Part shown: piece by piece, positions 1 through 9,027 of the stretch | Layout of the letters: every line of letters starts with the position of its first letter | Numbering within the stretch: position 1 is the first letter of the stretch | IMG/VR virus record: IMGVR_UViG_2645727821_000011 | Direction: 5' to 3' (one strand) | DNA: 50,870 bases | Source: a virus | Lineage: Duplodnaviria; Heunggongvirae; Uroviricota; Caudoviricetes | The notes under the pieces: generated by a model | The model's input: the letters and a program-made list of their open reading frames with translations, nothing else | The model's database searches: none | What the model was told of the DNA's origin: nothing | Position numbers and translations under genes: made by a program

Positions 1-73
1 TTACAGGTGCTTCACCAGCAATTTTTGTTTTTTCAGCGATTTCACGAAGCTTTTGATAATCAATCTTGCTCAC
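1..73 (-). CDS. start of a gene whose 3' end lies beyond the window edge; N-terminus VSKIDYQKLREIAEK resembles the N-terminus of the 1088..1954 protein
   Basis: GTG at 73..71 overlapping the upstream stop (GTGA), AGGAGG 6 nt upstream, frame open to position 1. Confidence 0.3.
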   Translation of the reverse strand, partial: MSKIDYQKLREIAEKTKIAGEAPV

Positions 74-804
74 TGGTTGCCTCCTTTGCGAAGCTGGGCA
101 GCAAAGTCAACTAACCACTCAGTCATTTCAACCTTCCCTACCAGGTCTGAACCAGGGTGCATACAGCAATCACTCTGCGCCGCTTTGAAATCCTTATACT
201 CATATTCTTGGGCCACCAGATTTTTTGCAGCTTCTATAGCAGCATCCACGCCCTGCGCCCGCACTTCAGCCAGGAAAGCATCGGTGGCTGGCATATTTCC
301 TGTTGCCTTCATGGCCTCCAAAATAACCAGAACGCCATCTCGCCCAACCACCTCAGCGATAACCTCGGTGTTGTCGCCAACAACATCGCAGAATGCCTGA
401 ACTGCCTTACGAGCCAGCTCATTCTCCACTGCCAGCGCCGTGCGATTACCCTCCAGCTCTGCAATGCGCTGTTTTGCGGCATCCAGTTCAATCGACAATT
501 TTTCCAACTGCTCTTGATGCTTCTTGTATTCCTGATATGCGTGCCAAGACTGACCTTTGCGCACACTATCAGTGATATCAGTAATCTGTTCTGGTGTTAG
601 CGTGGTCAGTGGCTGTGATGGGAAAATAAGCACTTTCCCGGAATCCCAATCAAAACCAGCGTGAATTGACTGAACCTCAACTGAAGGTGTTGAACCAATG
701 CTGCCAGGCGAATGAACAACGATTGTTACATCCATATCGCGACGATGGCTGTGGTTGTTGGACAAAATACGATTCACCAACTCAGAAAATTTGGAAAATT
801 TCAT
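70..804 (-). CDS. hypothetical coiled-coil protein (244 aa); C-terminal ATDAFLAEVRAQG segment paralogous to the 1088..1954 product (prophage Ea22-like type)
   Basis: ORF with AAGGGG RBS; ATGA overlap with upstream gene. Confidence 0.6.
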   Translation of the reverse strand: MKFSKFSELVNRILSNNHSHRRDMDVTIVVHSPGSIGSTPSVEVQSIHAGFDWDSGKVLIFPSQPLTTLTPEQITDITDSVRKGQSWHAYQEYKKHQEQLEKLSIELDAAKQRIAELEGNRTALAVENELARKAVQAFCDVVGDNTEVIAEVVGRDGVLVILEAMKATGNMPATDAFLAEVRAQGVDAAIEAAKNLVAQEYEYKDFKAAQSDCCMHPGSDLVGKVEMTEWLVDFAAQLRKGGNQ

Positions 805-1091
805 GCTGATTCCCCTTTCTCTGCTCTCTCCTGTCGGAACATCACTATCATCAGGTCGCCTTTTGTCGCTATCCTGGCTGTTGTACCTGGTTCAATGCGG
901 CTAAGCTCAAATGCGTCATAGAACGCTTCTAATGCCTTCTGGCGTAGTTCCTGTTTGCGCCGTTTTTTCCACTGTTTTAGGAAAATGGAACCCAGCCATC
1001 GCCATGTGCGGGACATGATGTAAAGCCAACCGAGAAGTGCCAGACCGGTATTTAGGAGCGTATCGATCGTTATTGTCGTGTCGATATTCAC
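801..1091 (-). CDS. small membrane protein (96 aa from GTG; one hydrophobic helix then basic tail)
   Basis: GTG at 1091 overlapping upstream stop, AGGAAG RBS; its stop overlaps the next start. Confidence 0.45.
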   Translation of the reverse strand: MNIDTTITIDTLLNTGLALLGWLYIMSRTWRWLGSIFLKQWKKRRKQELRQKALEAFYDAFELSRIEPGTTARIATKGDLMIVMFRQERAEKGESA

Positions 1092-1954
1092 TGGCTGCTT
1101 CCTTTGCGAATCTGTTCCGCCCATTCTTCAAGGGATTTCTCCGCATATTCACCAGACAGGCCATCAATCGGATGCGCTTCATTAGCCAACTCTTCTTTCG
1201 CTGACAAAATCATGCGTGTAACGTCGAAAACTTCACGCAAAGACTTATTGATAAATCCGTGATTGAACGCAGCAGCAAGACGGCTGGCGGTATAGTTAAT
1301 CCCCTCGTTGCGTGCTTCCGCACGAATTTCAGACAGGAAAGCATCGGTGGCTGGGGTTTCGACATTAGGTCGAAGCTCATAATCACAAACTCTTTCAATC
1401 CATGGTGATACTCTGTCGCATTTCCTCTTCTTGCGTTCACCGACCTTGGTTGCCTGCTGAATAATTACCCCCCAGCAAATGCTTTCGACCTCTTCGCTCC
1501 ATCCATCGCAAGCATCGCCTCTATAGTCGTCAATTGCAGCCTCAGCAGCAGCGATAGCCTCCTCAGCAGTTTTGTGACACTCGAAACTAAATTCAGAGCC
1601 ATATGAGAAATACATAGCCCCGGCCTTCAGCGCCGCATTCTCCGCTGCCAGCGCCGCGAGATTAGTCTCAAGCTCTGCAATTCGACACATAGCATCAATA
1701 TTTGTGTCCTCCAGGCGCTTAATTTCACCAAGCAGCTCCAGTGCAACCTTTGGGTTGAACGCGGCAACATAACGAGCGTTGTTCTCTGCATTTTTCTGTC
1801 CATCAAAGCCGGTCCATTTGATAACGTCTTCACATCGTTCATCACCGGGCGTGTGCACCGCATAAGTACCAGTATCCGTCGAAATAAATGCGACCCATTC
1901 GTCTGGTGTTGCCTTTTCTGCCGCCTCACGCAGTACCTGATAGTCAATTGTCAT
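1088..1954 (-). CDS. coiled-coil protein of prophage Ea22-like type (288 aa from second ATG)
   Basis: ORF; ATG at 1954 overlaps upstream stop (ATGA) with GAAGGA RBS. Confidence 0.6.
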   Translation of the reverse strand: MTIDYQVLREAAEKATPDEWVAFISTDTGTYAVHTPGDERCEDVIKWTGFDGQKNAENNARYVAAFNPKVALELLGEIKRLEDTNIDAMCRIAELETNLAALAAENAALKAGAMYFSYGSEFSFECHKTAEEAIAAAEAAIDDYRGDACDGWSEEVESICWGVIIQQATKVGERKKRKCDRVSPWIERVCDYELRPNVETPATDAFLSEIRAEARNEGINYTASRLAAAFNHGFINKSLREVFDVTRMILSAKEELANEAHPIDGLSGEYAEKSLEEWAEQIRKGSSQ

Positions 1955-2403
1955 TCTCGCCATCCTTCACAGTTGTAATCACTACAGCCTTCAAAATCAT
2001 ATGGGCTGTACTGCCAGGTTATTTTTCCGCAATGCGGACAATTCCAACGCACCTTCCCGCTTCGCGACTTCTTTCTTCTGTTTTGCTTTTTCAACCAGTC
2101 AGGCATGACCAAACCTGCGCCCTGAACCATTGTTCTGCGGTTAAAGTTATTGATATTGAACGTCCGGCGCTTTGCTGCATCAGCAATGGAAAATGGCAAC
2201 CAAACTATTCCTGGTTCGTTTTTGTTGGCGACGCTAAAGATGGTCGCTTTACTGAAGTCATCTGTTGGCAATCCACCGTGTTGAAGCCAGTAAACATCGT
2301 TGCCGTTCCAGCTACCTTTTTTGTAGGCCACATACGCAGTGCAATCTGACTCAATCAGGCTTTCTGTAGGGATGTACTGGCAATCAACGTGCCACACAGC
2401 CAT
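1951..2403 (-). CDS. hypothetical protein with C-terminal Cys-rich zinc-ribbon-like motif (CPHCGK...CSDYNCEGW)
   Basis: ORF overlapping the 3' end of the upstream gene in another frame; start uncertain. Confidence 0.4.
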   Translation of the reverse strand: MAVWHVDCQYIPTESLIESDCTAYVAYKKGSWNGNDVYWLQHGGLPTDDFSKATIFSVANKNEPGIVWLPFSIADAAKRRTFNINNFNRRTMVQGAGLVMPDWLKKQNRRKKSRSGKVRWNCPHCGKITWQYSPYDFEGCSDYNCEGWRE

Positions 2404-2996
2404 TGCATCCACGCTACCCAAACCCAGGGATTAGCACTCCAGCTTTCTTCGCCGTAGATGGATTCCCACAGGCGCTGGAACGCAACCTTGGCCATTGCGA
2501 AATCCCCCTTGGGAGTAAGGAATGTTCCCGGGTGATCAGGAAGCAAACTTCCAGCAGGCGGAACGCCCTCATCCCTTGCATCGCATTCGCTGATATCGTT
2601 CAACCGCTCAACGCGCACGTTGGTAATTTCCAGAAGAATGCGCGATGCCCAGCGCGGCATGTGAATTGATGGCGTCCACTTTTCTGATACTGGTTTATTA
2701 CAAACCTCGACCGGAACCCGGTGCGTTTGTTCTGTCCAGGAGTTACGCACGCTTGCGCGATAAACCAGCGTTGCGACGTCCGTCGCTTTGCCATGTACCC
2801 GGTAGGTTTCGCGAACCCAAATACGATCGCCCGGTTGACCATATGGACAATGCTTGGCAAGCAACTCTGCGGCCACTGCCCGTCCATAGAATTTTTCTTC
2901 AACAATCCTGCGAGTCTGTGTTTTATTCCCGCCAAGAATTGCCCGGACCATCTCATCGTTAAAAATCATGCCGCGCTCTTTCACTTCGCCTTTCAT
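2355..2996 (-). CDS. hypothetical protein (213 aa)
   Basis: ORF with AAGGGGG RBS 4 nt upstream of ATG. Confidence 0.55.
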   Translation of the reverse strand: MKGEVKERGMIFNDEMVRAILGGNKTQTRRIVEEKFYGRAVAAELLAKHCPYGQPGDRIWVRETYRVHGKATDVATLVYRASVRNSWTEQTHRVPVEVCNKPVSEKWTPSIHMPRWASRILLEITNVRVERLNDISECDARDEGVPPAGSLLPDHPGTFLTPKGDFAMAKVAFQRLWESIYGEESWSANPWVWVAWMQWLCGTLIASTSLQKA

Positions 2997-3005
2997 GCAT
3001 CCCCC

Positions 3006-3092
3006 TTACCCATGTGCGACGATGCCGCCAAAAGTGATAGAGAACAGCCAGAAATAGATCGCGGCCATAATGATTTTGAATGCCGTGTTCAT
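3006..3092 (-). CDS. candidate 28-aa hydrophobic peptide MNTAFKIIMAAIYFWLFSITFGGIVAHG
   Basis: ATG with AGGAG RBS 8 nt upstream; stop abuts the RBS of the next gene. Confidence 0.3.
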   Translation of the reverse strand: MNTAFKIIMAAIYFWLFSITFGGIVAHG

Positions 3093-3120
3093 ATTTTCAG
3101 CTCCTGTGATTGATTGGATA

Positions 3121-3150
3121 CATGCCGCGCCTTGCGGCATGTTTTTATTT
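3121..3150 (+). terminator. intrinsic-terminator-like hairpin followed by TTTTTATTT, oriented for the + strand (antisense to local genes)
   Basis: CATGCCGC-GCCTT-GCGGCATG then T-run. Confidence 0.4.
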
Positions 3151-3175
3151 TCACTTTCTCTGTTTTAAAAATCAA

Positions 3176-3192
3176 GATTTATTAGTGCAATT
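3176..3192 (-). promoter_or_regulatory. P1 C1-repressor operator-like site AATTGCACTAATAAATC (consensus ATTGCTCTAATAAATTT)
   Basis: ATTGCACTAATAAAT core with one mismatch; overlaps stop of the HAD gene. Confidence 0.35.
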
Positions 3193-3697
3193 ATTGTTGA
3201 TGGAGAAGCGCGTTTTCATACTCCCTGACCATTAACGTAAGTACGCCGTGACTCCTGAAAACACGCGCCACGTCAATCTTATCTTCCAGCGCGAACGCAA
3301 TTTTACTTAGACCAATTTTCTTCAGGAGATCAATCTTTGCTGGACCGTCATTTCTGTCATCGGTGGCAGGACGCATAGATAGCAAAGGCTCAGTCCCATT
3401 TGTTACGTGCTTACGCAACCAGGCTCGTGTTTTATCCCTGGCTATCTCACAGCGCCCGGTTACAAACCAGAGGGTGTAAATGCCGGACAACTGGCGCACC
3501 ATATCAATAACTGGAGTGATGGGAGCATCAGTGTCACAGGCAAGGTTAAACTCGTTCCAGTGCTCTGTTAATGCACCTTTGCCAGGTGGTGGAAGTAAAT
3601 GCAGCCTGTCTTCCGTTGCCTCTGATATCGTCCCATCAATATCTACTATGACGATGTACGGACGTTCCTGGTGTGCGTGTTTATTGAAAATACTCAA
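3191..3697 (-). CDS. HAD-superfamily phosphatase (motif I IVIVDIDGT); position of P1 pap as I recall the map
   Basis: DxDGT near N-terminus with downstream T/S and ED motifs; TTG start after GAGGAGGG. Confidence 0.6.
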   Translation of the reverse strand: MSIFNKHAHQERPYIVIVDIDGTISEATEDRLHLLPPPGKGALTEHWNEFNLACDTDAPITPVIDMVRQLSGIYTLWFVTGRCEIARDKTRAWLRKHVTNGTEPLLSMRPATDDRNDGPAKIDLLKKIGLSKIAFALEDKIDVARVFRSHGVLTLMVREYENALLHQQ

Positions 3698-3769
3698 ATG
3701 CCCTCCTCATTGGACGAAAAAAATGCTGGTGGGAGCACTCCACCAGCATTAAAAGTGACACTGTAACTA

Positions 3770-5032
3770 TCAGCGAACGTAAATAGTGCCGCCGTTCTCT
3801 TTTTCCCATGCATCGCTACGTGCATAGCAAACATCGAGAAGTCTTCTTGCCGCAGTTTCCTCTAAACCCAATTCGACAACCAACTGCTCATGACGGCGGG
3901 TAACCACATCAAACAGGGTATGCAGCCCTTTAGTTGCCAGATCATCAATGAATTCCGGTTCGAACGGAAGCTCTGCATCTGCCAACATAACCTCTTGCGC
4001 CCACTCAACTCGACGGACCAATTCCGGGCGGCGGCTTTCCATCTCTTTACAGATCAATTCATGGAAGAACTCTACCCAACCTTCCGGCTGGAACTCGCGG
4101 AAAATTGCCAACGGCTGGAAGTTTGGCATCAACCATTCGTTGATTCGGATATCAATGGCATAGCCCATGTCGCAGCAGAACTGATAAGCAAAGTCCAGCT
4201 TAGACACGATATAAGGACGCTCGTTATTGAACTCTTTAGGCGATGAGATCCCATAAGCCAGGAGGCGCGGGAAGAAGGATATTTGCCCTAACGTCGGATG
4301 AAGTTTGCTTGCAGGGAAACGGCGCTCAGTAATGCCATACATTTCCTTCTTGAGCGTCGCAAATTTGGCATTCTCATTAACCAGCGCGGTAACCTCTGCT
4401 TTTTTATTAGCAAATGCCACGCGCGCTTCGCTTGCATCTTTAATAGTTTTTTTGAGCTGTTGGTTAAGGTCGGCGACCTGCTTACGCAGTTCCTGTCGCT
4501 CGCTTTTAGCTTTGTTATAGCGTTTCTCAAGGTTAAAAGGATCAAGTTTCATGATCTCTTTATATTGAGATTTTAGCGTTGAAATCTGTGAGTTCCGCAG
4601 TTCAACCATCGCGGTCATTTCATTGAGTTTTGTTTCCAGCTCAATGCTTATACGTTCGGCATTATCAGCACGCTGGTTGGCGTCATGCGTCGCATCGTCG
4701 ATCGCGTCCTGTTGCTGGCGTTTCAAATGTTCAATTTGCAGCTGAAGCTCTTCAATTTCTTTATCCTTCAGACCGAGATCCAACTGCATATTTTCAGCTG
4801 CATCTACCAGGGAGTTATGGCTATCAGCTTCTGCGTTATAAACATCAATAAGCTGTGCGTGAAGCATCTCCGCTGACTGAACCGCATTATCAAAAAAACG
4901 CGCTGTGAGGTCATCACAACTAACGCGGCGTTGCGCGGCCCGGATGTTCTGGATAATGGCCGGGATACCGGCATTCAGGACGTCAGGGATAGATACATTT
5001 TCGATTGATTGGTTTTGTGCTGAAGTGATCAT
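3770..5032 (-). CDS. hypothetical protein (420 aa) with long N-terminal coiled coil and globular C-terminal domain
   Basis: ORF; K/E/Q-rich heptad-like region. Confidence 0.6.
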   Translation of the reverse strand: MITSAQNQSIENVSIPDVLNAGIPAIIQNIRAAQRRVSCDDLTARFFDNAVQSAEMLHAQLIDVYNAEADSHNSLVDAAENMQLDLGLKDKEIEELQLQIEHLKRQQQDAIDDATHDANQRADNAERISIELETKLNEMTAMVELRNSQISTLKSQYKEIMKLDPFNLEKRYNKAKSERQELRKQVADLNQQLKKTIKDASEARVAFANKKAEVTALVNENAKFATLKKEMYGITERRFPASKLHPTLGQISFFPRLLAYGISSPKEFNNERPYIVSKLDFAYQFCCDMGYAIDIRINEWLMPNFQPLAIFREFQPEGWVEFFHELICKEMESRRPELVRRVEWAQEVMLADAELPFEPEFIDDLATKGLHTLFDVVTRRHEQLVVELGLEETAARRLLDVCYARSDAWEKENGGTIYVR

Positions 5033-5033
5033 T

Positions 5034-5252
5034 TCAAAGTTCCGTATTAGCTTGTGCTTCGGTCATTTTTCCTAAGTATGAAGGAGGAAGGACTACGCAA
5101 TTTGTATCCAGTCCCTCACCTATGGCAGCCTGTAAAATTCTGGCTAAGGTGAGTCTCTTGTTGCGATACCTGGTGATGACATGCCTGATACCGCCGGTCG
5201 GCGTAACAAAGGCGATCAGCCAGTAGTGATATTTCCGTCGGAATGGCCACAT
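5034..5252 (-). CDS. hypothetical small protein (72 aa)
   Basis: ATG with AAGGTG RBS. Confidence 0.45.
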   Translation of the reverse strand: MWPFRRKYHYWLIAFVTPTGGIRHVITRYRNKRLTLARILQAAIGEGLDTNCVVLPPSYLGKMTEAQANTEL

Positions 5253-5266
5253 AGTGCACCTTGTAT

Positions 5267-5283
5267 ATTGCTCTAATAAAAAA
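5267..5283 (+). promoter_or_regulatory. C1 operator-like site ATTGCTCTAATAAAAAA
   Basis: full ATTGCTCTAATAA core. Confidence 0.45.
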
Positions 5284-5307
5284 CGTGATGAGTGTACATC
5301 ACGTTTT
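5280..5307. terminator. bidirectional intrinsic terminator hairpin (AAAACGTGATG / CATCACGTTTT) flanked by A and T runs
   Basis: perfect 11-bp inverted repeat with 6-nt loop. Confidence 0.5.
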
Positions 5308-5315
5308 AAAAATAT

Positions 5316-5332
5316 GGAATTATTAGAGCAAT
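5316..5332 (-). promoter_or_regulatory. C1 operator-like site ATTGCTCTAATAATTCC overlapping a -35 TTGCTC / -10 TAAAAC promoter reading into 5252..5034
   Basis: consensus core; 17-bp spacer to -10. Confidence 0.45.
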
Positions 5333-5333
5333 A

Positions 5334-6035
5334 TTATTCTGATTCTCGCTCAAAAAATGAGCTGATAAGGGGAAGCCAATCCTCTGACACTTCGCGAGGT
5401 CGCGGTTTGCCGTGGAAAAAGATTATTCGGCAGTCTTTTGGTAATGCCCCATTCCCCCTGGAGTAACGCGCGCTCGCATATTTTGAACCAGGTTCCACAA
5501 CATCGGCCTTGTAACTTACAAACCATCCTGGATACAGATCCTGAAATGCTGGTGTATCATCGCCCATAACCTTTCGTAAGAACCCCTGGTCACCCCAACA
5601 CTCAGTAGTGACACAACGAGAAATCCAACCTTCCGGATCTTGCCAGAATGAACTCCAGATATGCGCTTTAACACTATTTGGTATCCACAGGGCACCGCTG
5701 CCACGATATTGTGGATGGTAAAAATCCCTAAGCATGGTGAAGCTGGTTGGTGGATGCTCTAGGATTGGGCGTATATCACCGGCAATAACCGTGTCCAAAT
5801 CCAGATAGAACAGATCATCGGTTATATCCGGTCGGAACAACTCGATTTTCGCCCACCAGCCACGGCACTTTTGCCACTGGTTGATCAATGGGACAACTTT
5901 GACGCCAGGTACATGTAAACGCTTCAGGTCTGTCAGGCAAATAATTTCATAGCCTTTTGGCAGTTGATTAACCAGCCACTGCACATCGGAAGCGTTATAG
6001 TCACCACCAGAGCGAAAAACTAAAGCAATCTTCAT
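5334..6035 (-). CDS. putative GT-A-type glycosyltransferase-like protein (DxD-like motif in FYLDLDTVI)
   Basis: ORF with ATGA overlap to upstream gene; motif-level similarity only. Confidence 0.45.
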   Translation of the reverse strand: MKIALVFRSGGDYNASDVQWLVNQLPKGYEIICLTDLKRLHVPGVKVVPLINQWQKCRGWWAKIELFRPDITDDLFYLDLDTVIAGDIRPILEHPPTSFTMLRDFYHPQYRGSGALWIPNSVKAHIWSSFWQDPEGWISRCVTTECWGDQGFLRKVMGDDTPAFQDLYPGWFVSYKADVVEPGSKYASARYSRGNGALPKDCRIIFFHGKPRPREVSEDWLPLISSFFERESE

Positions 6036-6723
6036 GCTGCACCATCACCTTTCACTTTCATCAATGTCAGGTTTCCGCAAAATACGGCACCAGTGTCGAT
6101 ATACTGCTGATTCCAGAATGTCTTCGGGCTTTTCACCGGAGTGTGACCAAAGATAAAACGATCTGCGCCCGAAATTTCGCCACCAATATCATCCATCGAA
6201 TCACTGATACGCTCGCGCGCCCAGACAACGTTGAAAAGCGGCACCTCCTTACCGAATTGGTATTCATTATCCGGATAGTCGGCATGGGCTATAACGATAG
6301 TTTCTTGCCCGGTGTTCAACTCAATGATATAGGGCAGACGCTTTACCAGCTCCACCAGCGCCCAGGCTAATATTTCCTGATCAGTGTCCAGCATGAAGAA
6401 CATTGTCCGCCATTCATTAGCCAGTTATTCACGTTGCCATCTGGACTTAACGCATCAATCATCAGCCGCTCATGGTTCCCCATCACTGCCCTGAACCAGG
6501 GCATCTGCAATAGTTCCAGACATTCGACATTTTCAGTACCGCGATCGATAAGGTCGCCGACCGATATCAGTAAATCCTGCGCCGGGTCAAAATCCACACG
6601 ATGGAGTTCGGACATCAGTCTGGTGTAGCAACCATGCAGATCACCAACAACCCAGACATTCCTGTATTTGGTACCGTCGATACGGTGATAAATTGTGGGT
6701 GCCATCATGTATTCTTCAGCCAT
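6032..6723 (-). pseudogene. ppp: lambda-type Ser/Thr protein phosphatase (metallophosphatase, P1 ppp) interrupted by a 1-nt deletion near 6404
   Basis: GDLHG, GDLIDRG, GNHE motifs in frame 6367..6723; FIFGHTP half in frame 6032..6403; junction NGGQ / WFFML lacks one G of the expected TGG codon. Confidence 0.65.
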
Positions 6724-7331
6724 TCTTTAAGAGTCATCTGCGGAATACCTCCCATTTTCCCGCATGAAACAACGTCAATCCGTTCACGCGCAGACTGGAA
6801 TAACAAAGGCAGGTGACTTAGATTTTTTGGCGTGCCGCCGGAGTGAACGCGTGGTTCTTGTGTAGCGTCAACGCCCACCAGGGCGACATGTTTGAATCCG
6901 ATATGGAAAGCCAGGTTCAGAGCGCCATATGCACTATTGCCGCTGGCAATTTCATTCTCATCTTCGCAAAGTCCGAAATGTGCGGACCAGCGCCACGCCC
7001 ACCACTCGGGAGAATTCGTATTTTTTGGCTCCATGCCACGTTCAGCCACACGACGGAAGCACAGAACGCCGTCTCTGACTTCACGTTCTTTAACATCGGG
7101 TAGTGCCATGCAATAACAAACACCACGGCGACGGCGGCCACGACCAACGCGCCGCATATTGTCTGGCGATGGATCAAGTGTGAAAAAATAAGAAGCGCGG
7201 TTCAGCCAGTCGATGGCCCCATTGACCGCTATAATCGGCACTCCGCGCGGCGCAACAAAGTTTGCGGCGCTTGGGCCACTGCCGACGATAATAACGCGAT
7301 CACTGCCTCTAAATTTATTCTTGGGAAACAT
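6705..7331 (-). CDS. DUF115/Maf-like (MptE-like) putative transferase, paralog B (VGSGPS...IIAVNG)
   Basis: ORF; paralogous to adjacent gene; motif-level assignment. Confidence 0.5.
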   Translation of the reverse strand: MFPKNKFRGSDRVIIVGSGPSAANFVAPRGVPIIAVNGAIDWLNRASYFFTLDPSPDNMRRVGRGRRRRGVCYCMALPDVKEREVRDGVLCFRRVAERGMEPKNTNSPEWWAWRWSAHFGLCEDENEIASGNSAYGALNLAFHIGFKHVALVGVDATQEPRVHSGGTPKNLSHLPLLFQSARERIDVVSCGKMGGIPQMTLKEWLKNT

Positions 7332-7891
7332 TGAATTGCACTGCTCCTACTTGCATTCAAAATATGTAAATCTGCGTGTTTTTTGCGGGTATCCAGGAAC
7401 TGCTGTTGCCATTTTGAAATAGACACCTGCGTTGGATTCCGTAGGGCTTGAGGGTGCGCGCCATGCCAATGAAGGCCGTTTTGCAGAGAACAGTCATAGC
7501 CGACTAATACCACTACTTCAGCCCCTGATTCAGCAGCCAGACTGATAGCCTGCGCGCCGCTATTTACCCCTTCCGCCGGTCCACAATATCGCCTGTACTC
7601 CAACGAAAATGATTTCGCCGCCGCCAGGTTGGCTGTCACTTTGCGGAATCTCCCTCCCGGTATGGTGGATCCGTATTGCTTCCACCATGACAAATCACCG
7701 GCGTATAAGGCATAAATGTCATCGAACATCTGCCAGGAATTGTTAACCGCGATGATTGAACAGCCAGTTTTTTCTATAGCAGCACAGTCCTCACGAGTGA
7801 GTGACGGACCGCTACCGACACAAAAAACAGTCCTAGTCGCCCTGGGTGGTATGTTCATTCTCAGCTGCAAATTCAGCCTCCAGGCGAGCAT
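7229..7891 (-). CDS. DUF115/Maf-like putative transferase, paralog A (VGSGPS...IIAVNN); true start may be ATG at 7858
   Basis: ORF; 103-nt out-of-frame overlap with paralog B. Confidence 0.5.
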   Translation of the reverse strand: MLAWRLNLQLRMNIPPRATRTVFCVGSGPSLTREDCAAIEKTGCSIIAVNNSWQMFDDIYALYAGDLSWWKQYGSTIPGGRFRKVTANLAAAKSFSLEYRRYCGPAEGVNSGAQAISLAAESGAEVVVLVGYDCSLQNGLHWHGAHPQALRNPTQVSISKWQQQFLDTRKKHADLHILNASRSSAIQCFPRINLEAVIALLSSAVAQAPQTLLRRAECRL

Positions 7892-8054
7892 TCATTTCAG
7901 CGATTACAGGGTCCACTACAGCATCTGTTTCCTGTTCATTACGCGGCATGATCGATGCCAGCGATTCATAATTAGCCTTGGATGACACGACTATTCTCCC
8001 GATGTTAATGTGCGCTATATCAAATGGCGCATATGTACTAATTAATTTATTATT

Positions 8055-8633
8055 TTAAGCAGCATACAACCACTTGTCGCCGTTCAATACATGCTCAATA
8101 GCCTCACCCTTTTTAAGGCTTATGTATTCCAGGATGGCGGTTATCGCTTGTTCTGCACCATACGCAAGAACGACGTAGTAACCTTCCTCTCTAAGCCTGC
8201 GCATCCAGGCGATCTGCTCTTTCGTCGGGGCTTTACCATTTGGTTCTTTAAGCTCAATTCGCATGCCGTGATAAATACCGCATGCTTTATCGAGACTCAT
8301 GTCCGGATAACCTTTTTTCTGCCCTTCAGCCTTCATTTTCCCGGCGGTTGCTTTTGAACGTTTCCCTCCGTTAGGCGTTGCATGCAACAGCTCATAGATG
8401 TCAGGGTGCTTGCGTTCGAAGTAATCAAAAATGAAAACCTGCTCGAAGTGCTCGCAATTTCCGTCGCGCAGGTCTGGGTTCTTTGCAAGTGCTGCAAGTG
8501 CCTTCGCATGTGGAGAAACTTCTTTTACCGGCGCAAGCGATAAGAATGGATCCTTTTTGGTTTTTGGCCTGGGCCGCCCCTTATTTCGACGCTCACTAAA
8601 AGCCTGAAACTCTTCCTCAGTAAAGCGCAACAT
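8055..8633 (-). CDS. VRR-NUC domain nuclease-like protein
   Basis: C-terminal signature GYPD...IELKEPNGKAPTKEQIAW of PD-(D/E)xK VRR-NUC type. Confidence 0.6.
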   Translation of the reverse strand: MLRFTEEEFQAFSERRNKGRPRPKTKKDPFLSLAPVKEVSPHAKALAALAKNPDLRDGNCEHFEQVFIFDYFERKHPDIYELLHATPNGGKRSKATAGKMKAEGQKKGYPDMSLDKACGIYHGMRIELKEPNGKAPTKEQIAWMRRLREEGYYVVLAYGAEQAITAILEYISLKKGEAIEHVLNGDKWLYAA

Positions 8634-8635
8634 AA

Positions 8636-8881
8636 TCAGTCAAATCCTGCCGGTCGCATGCCATATTTACGCTGTTTTGCGGCCTGCTCTTCCCTGTGCC
8701 ATTGCGCACATTCAGCGTCACAATAAATGCCTGATTCAATCGATTCATTGCAGTAACGACACTTCCCTGTAAATACCTGGCTCACGACCTGTGCCTGCTT
8801 TCTGATGTTATCGATGGCCATGTCTTTGAGAGCTTCTAACTGATTCATGCTCAGCTCTGCATCATCAACACGTTCTGCCAA
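8636..8881 (-). CDS. small Cys4 zinc-ribbon protein (CRYC...CDAEC)
   Basis: TTG start with GAGGAAA RBS; first gene of the leftward operon. Confidence 0.5.
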   Translation of the reverse strand: MAERVDDAELSMNQLEALKDMAIDNIRKQAQVVSQVFTGKCRYCNESIESGIYCDAECAQWHREEQAAKQRKYGMRPAGFD

Positions 8882-8937
8882 TTTTGTTTCCTCGTGAAGA
8901 ACCTACTTAAGGGCAGAATGATACATTTCACAATCAA

Positions 8938-8954
8938 AATTGCACTAATAATTT
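8938..8954 (+). promoter_or_regulatory. C1 operator-like site ATTGCACTAATAATTTT in the divergent intergenic region
   Basis: 15/17 consensus match. Confidence 0.35.
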
Positions 8955-8976
8955 TCTTTTATTGAGTTAAATATTC

Positions 8977-8998
8977 AACAAATGACTAGCGGTAGAAT
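8977..8998 (+). promoter_or_regulatory. candidate late promoter AACAAATGACT-N5-TAGAAT
   Basis: same motif and spacing recur at 28832 and 40746 upstream of structural operons. Confidence 0.45.
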
Positions 8999-9027
8999 CA
9001 CCATCATCTATTTCTGGCAGGCTGACT

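Noticed and set aside
53-600. + strand ORFs of 115, 147 and 60 aa
   Set aside because: Antisense to the 70-804 gene, whose coupling to its neighbours supports the - strand reading.
7833-7949. 38-aa acidic ORF (MPRNEQETDAVVDPVIAEMN...) upstream of DUF115 paralog A
   Set aside because: No recognisable ribosome-binding site and it overlaps the paralog start; possibly real but unsupported.
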